Positions 37,187-41,912 of a stretch of DNA of 41,912 bases are shown piece by piece. A model generated the notes under the pieces. The model was not told where the DNA came from and did no database searches. It was given only the letters and a program-made list of their open reading frames with translations. The translations under genes and the position numbers were made by a program. The first letter of the stretch is position 1. Each line of letters opens with the position of its first letter. Source of the stretch: Escherichia phage Sortsne; sequence record NC_048178.1; one strand, 5' to 3'.

Positions 37187-37689
37187 CAGTCACAGCCCCC
37201 GGAGGAGGACGATCCGCTGTCGCTGCTGCCGGAGTCGTAGCTCCCGCCGTCGTCGTGGCTGGAGTGGTGGCGGCTGCTGCTGTCGTCGTGGCTGCTGGAG
37301 TGGCTGCGGTGGCTGCTGCTGTCCCAGTCCGCCCGGTCGCTGGTGTGGCAGATCGGATTGAGTGGCGAGGTCAGGGAAAGCGGGTTCAGCGGGTCGAGGT
37401 CGTCGCCCTGGTTGCGGAGTGCGCGCCGGGTCGGGTCGCTGCGGAGGGCGTTCGCCTCACGTGCTGCGGACTTGTCGGCCATGCTGCGGGGAGCCTGCAC
37501 GACCTTAGCCTGGGGACGGTTCGCCATCGTCTCGATCATGCGCTCCATACGCGCCTTACCGCTTAGGACGTCCTGGACGCTGCGCTGGTTGCAGTCGTCA
37601 CAGATCCAGAATACGTCCGCGCTCTCGGTCCATTTGCGCGGGGCCTGCTTGCCGCACGTGCGGCACTCTTTGAAACGTTTAAGGGACAT
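37186..37689 (-). CDS. zinc-ribbon protein with His/Ser/Asp-rich low-complexity tail
   Basis: Start refined to ATG 37689 with conserved CACGAGAGAGA leader; CRTCG...(17)...CDDC ribbon; C-terminal SSSHRSHSSSHDDSSSRHHSSHDD. Confidence 0.45.
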   Translation of the reverse strand: MSLKRFKECRTCGKQAPRKWTESADVFWICDDCNQRSVQDVLSGKARMERMIETMANRPQAKVVQAPRSMADKSAAREANALRSDPTRRALRNQGDDLDPLNPLSLTSPLNPICHTSDRADWDSSSHRSHSSSHDDSSSRHHSSHDDGGSYDSGSSDSGSSSSGGCD

Positions 37690-37757
37690 TGTGATCTCTC
37701 TCGTGGGTGGAAACGGCCCCAGCATAGCGCCGGGGCAAACATCATGCAAGCGTTAAA

Positions 37758-38039
37758 TTATGCGGACAATACCCACCAGCCCATAGCCACGATAAGCGCG
37801 CCGAAGCCGATCCACTTCCACGGCAACGGCTTAACGTCTGCGAGCGCCGCCATCAGTCCGGGAGGGCCGGAGATCTCGACGCCGTTCGAGGTGGTCATAG
37901 TCCCGAATACGCCCTCCGCCTGTAGCCTGCGCTTTACCGCGTCAAGGTCTACGGGCGGGCGGTTGATCCAGTCGCGGACCTCTCGATCCGGGATGTACCC
38001 CGGAGGGAATGCTCGATCCCCCCAGGTCCCGGCGGTCAC
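37758..38039 (-). CDS. hypothetical protein with C-terminal TM anchor
   Basis: 93 aa, C-terminal WKWIGFGALIVAMGWWVLSA hydrophobic helix. Confidence 0.4.
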   Translation of the reverse strand: MTAGTWGDRAFPPGYIPDREVRDWINRPPVDLDAVKRRLQAEGVFGTMTTSNGVEISGPPGLMAALADVKPLPWKWIGFGALIVAMGWWVLSA

Positions 38040-38986
38040 TTTACGCGGCGGAAGCGCTTAACCTGTTCCCACGCGACGACGCTCACCTGGAGCGTGTTAT
38101 GGCGTCCGCCTACCGTCTCGATCTCCACCATATCGTCGTCGTTCAGGAGGGGCGGGCGGCGGTCCTTGTCGAAGCGCTGCCACACGATCCAGTCCTCGCC
38201 CTGTTCGCCAGTCTGCGGACGGTCCAGCAAGGCGTCCAGCAATGCCTCCGCCGTACCGATAGTGATCCGCCCGCCTCGGTACTGCTCGATCAGTTGGCGG
38301 GTCTGGTCGGAGCGCTGGATGTGCCAGCGGAGGCTCTGCTCCGTCTCCTGGTGGACGCGCTCGGCGAAGTGGGCCACGCGCTCCGGGTCGGTGTCGCAAC
38401 GGGTCAGGCGCTCGCGGGCTTCGTGCTCGTTAACAAGCTGCTGGAGGCCGCGCGTCGGCATCTTGAAAACGTTCCAGTTATACGGGACGCGCTTCTCGTC
38501 GCAAGCCTTCACGTAACGCTCCAGAAGGTCCACGCGGCGCTCGGCGTCCTTCGCTGCCTCGGCGTGTTTCTCGCTGGCTTCGGCCATTGCCACCAGTTCG
38601 CGGGCCTTCTGCTCGGTCCATGCGATGGTCTGCGGCTTGCCGTCGATCGGGCGGAAGGTTGGCGGGACGTGTAGCGCGCCGACGATCTCGCGGATGTTCA
38701 CGTAATACCCGCTCATCCGGTGCTCCGCCTCGGTCATGGTCTGGAGTTGGCGCTCCAGTGCGCGCTCGTGGGACTTGTCGCGCCACTTCTCCGACTCCTT
38801 GAATACACGCTCCAGCGCGTCGAGGGACAGGAGGGGGAGGTGGTGCGGGGCCAGGTCCGGCTCGGCCTTAAAGCCGTGTTGCATGGCGTCGGTAACGTCG
38901 GCGATCCAGTTGGCGCGCTGCTGTACCTGGGTGCGGGCTACATGGTCCATCAGGGCGTAAGCCACGCCGCTGTCGTGTGAGTTCAT
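38036..38986 (-). CDS. hypothetical protein
   Basis: 316-aa ORF preceded by hairpin plus CCAACCAACGAGAGAGAC leader. Confidence 0.5.
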   Translation of the reverse strand: MNSHDSGVAYALMDHVARTQVQQRANWIADVTDAMQHGFKAEPDLAPHHLPLLSLDALERVFKESEKWRDKSHERALERQLQTMTEAEHRMSGYYVNIREIVGALHVPPTFRPIDGKPQTIAWTEQKARELVAMAEASEKHAEAAKDAERRVDLLERYVKACDEKRVPYNWNVFKMPTRGLQQLVNEHEARERLTRCDTDPERVAHFAERVHQETEQSLRWHIQRSDQTRQLIEQYRGGRITIGTAEALLDALLDRPQTGEQGEDWIVWQRFDKDRRPPLLNDDDMVEIETVGGRHNTLQVSVVAWEQVKRFRRVK

Positions 38987-39032
38987 AGTCTTGTCTCTCT
39001 CGTTGGTTGGCCCCGTTGCCGGGGCGGTTGGA

Positions 39033-39257
39033 TTAAAAGCCGTCGTAGTAGCCAGGGAGGGCGCGGAGTTGCGCTTCGTCGTCCACCAGGTCCCACTCTG
39101 TCGGCTCCAGGTCGATCGTTACGCCAGCCAGCCCGTCGCGGTCCGCGAGTGCTGCGTGGATCATCATGCCAGCCACCAGCGGGGAAGGGTTGCCGCTTGC
39201 CATCTGGCGGGCGATCTCTGCCTGAATCTCTGCGAGTGTCTCGGCTAATGTTTTCAT
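39033..39257 (-). CDS. hypothetical protein
   Basis: Start refined to ATG 39257 (AGAGGA RBS) downstream of promoter 39304-39332 and its 5' hairpin. Confidence 0.4.
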   Translation of the reverse strand: MKTLAETLAEIQAEIARQMASGNPSPLVAGMMIHAALADRDGLAGVTIDLEPTEWDLVDDEAQLRALPGYYDGF

Positions 39258-39275
39258 GCTGCGGTCCTCTGGTTG

Positions 39276-39294
39276 GGCGGGACCATTTCCCGCC
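39276..39294 (-). promoter_or_regulatory. 5'-UTR hairpin GGCGGGA-AAUGG-UCCCGCC (boxB-like candidate)
   Basis: Perfect 7-bp stem with the same AAUGG pentaloop as the hairpin at 3179-3197. Confidence 0.4.
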
Positions 39295-39303
39295 GTCCAG
39301 ATA

Positions 39304-39332
39304 AATATAACGCTATCGTGATAATCATGCAA
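39304..39332 (-). promoter_or_regulatory. promoter TTGCAT-N17-TATATT with ATCACGATAGCG in spacer
   Basis: Minus-strand reading; followed by 5' hairpin with AAUGG loop. Confidence 0.45.
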
Positions 39333-39340
39333 GCATTATT

Positions 39341-39613
39341 TTATTCTTTATCATCCCATCGATCGCGGTCGAATAGTACGCCCTTTCGGAAGTCGTCCCA
39401 CGCGAAGTACGGCCACACGACCAGGGACAGCGACGCGAACAGGACCACGATCAGCGCCACGAGGAAGCCCAGAAGGGGGAGGAGGGCCGGAGGGACTGCC
39501 CGCGCCTCACGTGCCAGGCTGCGGCCCAGGAACGCGCCCGCGCCCTGGTATGCCTGCATTACGATGTAAGTCACGCCCAGCGCGACGTAAGAGAGTATCA
39601 GTTCGATAAGCAT
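39341..39613 (-). CDS. small membrane protein
   Basis: 90 aa, two predicted TM segments. Confidence 0.45.
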   Translation of the reverse strand: MLIELILSYVALGVTYIVMQAYQGAGAFLGRSLAREARAVPPALLPLLGFLVALIVVLFASLSLVVWPYFAWDDFRKGVLFDRDRWDDKE

Positions 39614-39840
39614 CAGTAGATCCCATTGGTGAGTAAGAACAGCCGCCCGTTTTGCATCAGGCGGATCATGTCGCTGGTCCCGCGCCCCATCGGGACCGGG
39701 TAGAGTTTGCCGTCCTCTGCGCGCATATACAGGCGGTTACGGACGCGCCAGCCCTGGAGGGTGTGGCCCCGGCGTCCGTACTGGTCGCGCTTCACGTCCA
39801 CGATCCGGCAATAGATCGCGCGCTCCTCGATCTGCATCAT
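39613..39840 (-). CDS. hypothetical protein
   Basis: 75-aa ORF with start/stop overlaps on both sides. Confidence 0.4.
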   Translation of the reverse strand: MMQIEERAIYCRIVDVKRDQYGRRGHTLQGWRVRNRLYMRAEDGKLYPVPMGRGTSDMIRLMQNGRLFLLTNGIY

Positions 39841-40217
39841 GCGAACCTCCGCGCGTGTCGTGGGAGGGTGTCCAGGTCGTGGTCCCAGCGGACCGCCTCG
39901 CGTGGCTTGCGGTAGCCCTCGTAAAGCATCTGGATCGCCGCCATCGGGTCGGACGGGAGCGACTCGTGGACGTACAGGAGGAACTCGCCCCGGCGTCCGT
40001 TGTGCTGCATACCGAAGCCGCTCCGGTGGTAGTGCTCGACGTTCAGCGTCGGCTCCGCTGGTGGCATGGAGGGGAACGGGTCGATCGCCACTGGTGAGGG
40101 CATGGCGAGGACGGGCTGGCCGTCCATGACGCTGACGCGCTGGCCGTCGTGCGGGCCGCCAATGAGTAGCGCCTGGACGTAGGTCGCTGGTGTGGTGTTG
40201 GTCATTCGAAGCTCCAT
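39837..40217 (-). CDS. hypothetical protein
   Basis: 126-aa ORF; alternative ATG at 40205 gives ATGA coupling to the small ORF upstream. Confidence 0.4.
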   Translation of the reverse strand: MELRMTNTTPATYVQALLIGGPHDGQRVSVMDGQPVLAMPSPVAIDPFPSMPPAEPTLNVEHYHRSGFGMQHNGRRGEFLLYVHESLPSDPMAAIQMLYEGYRKPREAVRWDHDLDTLPRHARRFA

Positions 40218-40336
40218 TCCGCGAAAGCGCGGCGTAAGCCCATGCGGGCGTTAGTGATGGCTACCCACTGATCCAGCGCGTCGGGCTGGCGGTGGTAGTG
40301 GTTCGTTATGGCGATGGCGATCGCGCTGCGGTCCAT
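40202..40336 (-). CDS. small ORF (44 aa)
   Basis: Below track cutoff; GGGAGG RBS 5 nt upstream of ATG; stop overlaps downstream ATG (ATGA). Confidence 0.3.
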   Translation of the reverse strand: MDRSAIAIAITNHYHRQPDALDQWVAITNARMGLRRAFAEWSFE

Positions 40337-40379
40337 CAGATCCTCCCAGGATGCCCGGCTCTCGACCGGGCGGTGGTGT

Positions 40380-40694
40380 TTACAGTGCTGGCAAACTGCC
40401 GACGTCGCGGGATGCCTTGAGCGCGTTCCAGTGGTCGAACGGTGACGGCTCGCGCCACGAGTGATCGCACTGGCCGAAAGAGAGGTGTCCGCACTCCAGA
40501 AGCGGGCCAGTGTAGCCGATGCGGGTTAGCTCGCTGTTCGGGACTTCCATCAGCGTGTCGAGGGTCCAGCGGTTGTCCTCGCCGTAGCGGTACGGCTCGG
40601 CCTGGACACGGACCGGGAAGCGGACGGACTCGAAGCCGCTCGGAAAGTAGCCGCGCCCGTAGCTGTCGGCGTTCAGAAGGATGATTGTTTTCAT
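40380..40694 (-). CDS. hypothetical protein
   Basis: 104 aa, preceded by GGCCCC-TTGC-GGGGCC hairpin plus CCAGCGAGAGAC leader. Confidence 0.4.
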   Translation of the reverse strand: MKTIILLNADSYGRGYFPSGFESVRFPVRVQAEPYRYGEDNRWTLDTLMEVPNSELTRIGYTGPLLECGHLSFGQCDHSWREPSPFDHWNALKASRDVGSLPAL

Positions 40695-40739
40695 GGTGTC
40701 GTCTCTCGCTGGTGGTGGCCCCTTGCGGGGCCGTGTGGG

Positions 40740-41024
40740 TTATGCTGCGGCCAGTTCGCCGCCGATGAATGCCAGGACTTCGCGGAGGTGCTTCTCGTCG
40801 CGGATGGTGGCCGGGAGTTCTTCCTTGATGGCGCGATCCAGGTAGATATTGCCATTCCATGTATAGGAGCCGTTAGGGTTGACCAGATAGGAGAACATCC
40901 ATTCGCAATCGTTATCCGCTTCCCACACGCACAGGATGATCTTGCCGTCGTTGTCGATATCTTCCAGGGTCACGTCGAGGTTACGTTTTGCTGCGAAGGT
41001 TTTTGTAGTTTTGGACAGGTTCAT
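40740..41024 (-). CDS. hypothetical protein
   Basis: Start refined to ATG 41024 (MNLSKTTKTF...) with conserved CCAGCGAGAGAGAC leader. Confidence 0.4.
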   Translation of the reverse strand: MNLSKTTKTFAAKRNLDVTLEDIDNDGKIILCVWEADNDCEWMFSYLVNPNGSYTWNGNIYLDRAIKEELPATIRDEKHLREVLAFIGGELAAA

Positions 41025-41136
41025 GGCTTCGTCTCTCTCGCTGGTGGGCTGCACCGTTGCCGCCCTTGATGTGATAAAGAATATCTCAGAGGCGGCAAGG
41101 TGTCCAGCAAAATATCACGAAAAGATTAAATTATTT

Positions 41137-41325
41137 TCAGGCCAGATCGTCGTCCACCTTCCGGCCCAGTGCTGCCACGTCGTCCTCGGTCGCCGGACGG
41201 TAGCCGAAGCTATGCCCGATCCGCTTCGCTATGGCCTGCGCCTGCTTCTTGTGGAGGGTGACGCAAATCAGCGCCCCGGTAACATCGACCACGGCGTGGG
41301 CCGCGTTCAGCGCTTCGTCTTTCAC
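41137..41325 (-). CDS. hypothetical protein
   Basis: 62-aa ORF, ATGA-type overlap with upstream gene. Confidence 0.35.
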   Translation of the reverse strand: MKDEALNAAHAVVDVTGALICVTLHKKQAQAIAKRIGHSFGYRPATEDDVAALGRKVDDDLA

Positions 41326-41567
41326 AGGTCGGCCTCCTTGTCCTGCCGCTTGCTCTCCTCCACTGCCTCCCGGCGCTTCTGGTCCATCTGCGCCACGAAT
41401 CCCTCCACGGCCTGGGTGGCGAGTCCGGTCGCCTGGTTGTGGCTGAATCCCTTTTTCCGGTAGCGGTCGTAAGCCGACTGGAAAAGCGTCGCCCGTTGCT
41501 GCGGGCCTACATACATATGCGAGAGGTCCACGACGTCCGCCGCCTTCTTCTCCTGCTGCTCTTTCAT
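41322..41567 (-). CDS. hypothetical protein
   Basis: 81 aa, strong GAGGAG RBS 6 nt upstream of ATG. Confidence 0.45.
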   Translation of the reverse strand: MKEQQEKKAADVVDLSHMYVGPQQRATLFQSAYDRYRKKGFSHNQATGLATQAVEGFVAQMDQKRREAVEESKRQDKEADL

Positions 41568-41605
41568 CTCGTTCTCCTCGTTTGCTCGTCGCCGTAACGA
41601 ATCCG

Positions 41606-41806
41606 TTACAGTCCCAGAATGTTAAACACGATCGCCGCTAACAGTACGATGCCAGCGCCGTAAACCGTGAAGCACATCAGCAATAAATTCCACTGGCCGA
41701 CCTCCTTCCGGTACTCGCTGATCGTCTCCGGTTCGGTCCGTCCCCTTGCCTTCCGGTCGGGGAATTTAATCACGTTAATATTAACCTCTCTTTCATCACG
41801 AATCAA
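41606..41806 (-). CDS. questionable small membrane-protein ORF
   Basis: Track ORF begins with TTG and has no RBS; region is dense in operator-like motifs; an AAGGAGG RBS sits further in, in another frame. Confidence 0.2.
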   Translation of the reverse strand: MIRDEREVNINVIKFPDRKARGRTEPETISEYRKEVGQWNLLLMCFTVYGAGIVLLAAIVFNILGL

Positions 41807-41912
41807 TGATAATTATGTGTGGTATTTGTCGGGGGTTTACCCGGCCCATTTCCTCAATGTTTGCCCCTTCGGGCTACCCGTTACCGAAAGTAATGTAAGT
41901 TATTGATTACTG

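Noticed and set aside
40336-40860. 174-aa Arg-rich minus-strand ORF
   Set aside because: Alternative frame across two better-supported genes (40380-40694 and 40740-41024) that carry the conserved leader; composition atypical of proteins
1-41912. CRISPR array, tRNA or rRNA genes
   Set aside because: No regularly spaced direct repeats with unique spacers and no tRNA-like cloverleaf or conserved T-loop found on inspection; the recurring GC hairpins are single intergenic stem-loops
1-41912. Integrase, CI-type repressor or attP (temperate lifestyle)
   Set aside because: No ORF with recombinase or S24-peptidase repressor features seen; the lifestyle cannot be settled from this window, so no prophage or mobile-element feature is called

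Overview
The window reads as one compact, GC-rich tailed-phage genome (about 62 tightly packed ORFs, no rRNA, tRNA, CRISPR or integrase seen) with a P22-like podovirus virion module on a mosaic backbone. All calls are from reading the sequence and the ORF track; no searches were run, and homologies rest on recalled motifs. On the minus strand (36805 down to 17250) sit the virion genes: putative small terminase, an HExxH mini-protein, large terminase, portal, three unknown genes, scaffold, coat, gp4/gp10/gp26-like tail accessory proteins, ejection proteins (one with a lytic transglycosylase domain) and a tailspike with a P22-type N-terminal domain. On the plus strand (11361-17204) is a recombination/replication module: SF2 helicase, VRR-NUC, PD-(D/E)XK nuclease, Erf, SSB, a Cys-rich protein and a Cro-like HTH protein. 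A second minus-strand early operon (11293 down to 5855) encodes primase, dUTPase, Dam methyltransferase, a truncated DnaN-like clamp and unknowns. A plus-strand cassette (1953-5829) ends in holin, lambda R-type endolysin and Rz with embedded Rz1. A RepA/DnaB-like helicase (136-1806) is flanked by GTTACC iterons. The most interesting signals are regulatory: lambda-operator-like TATCACG motifs inside sigma70-like promoters, seven copies of a conserved CA-rich GAGAGAGAC translation leader often preceded by GGCCCC-N4-GGGGCC hairpins, two 5'-UTR hairpins with an identical AAUGG loop, and a promoter-plus-terminator unit directly upstream of the packaging genes. Candidate novel cargo includes the three-gene insertion between portal and scaffold, the HExxH protein between the terminase genes, and a Zn-ribbon protein with a His/Ser/Asp-rich tail.
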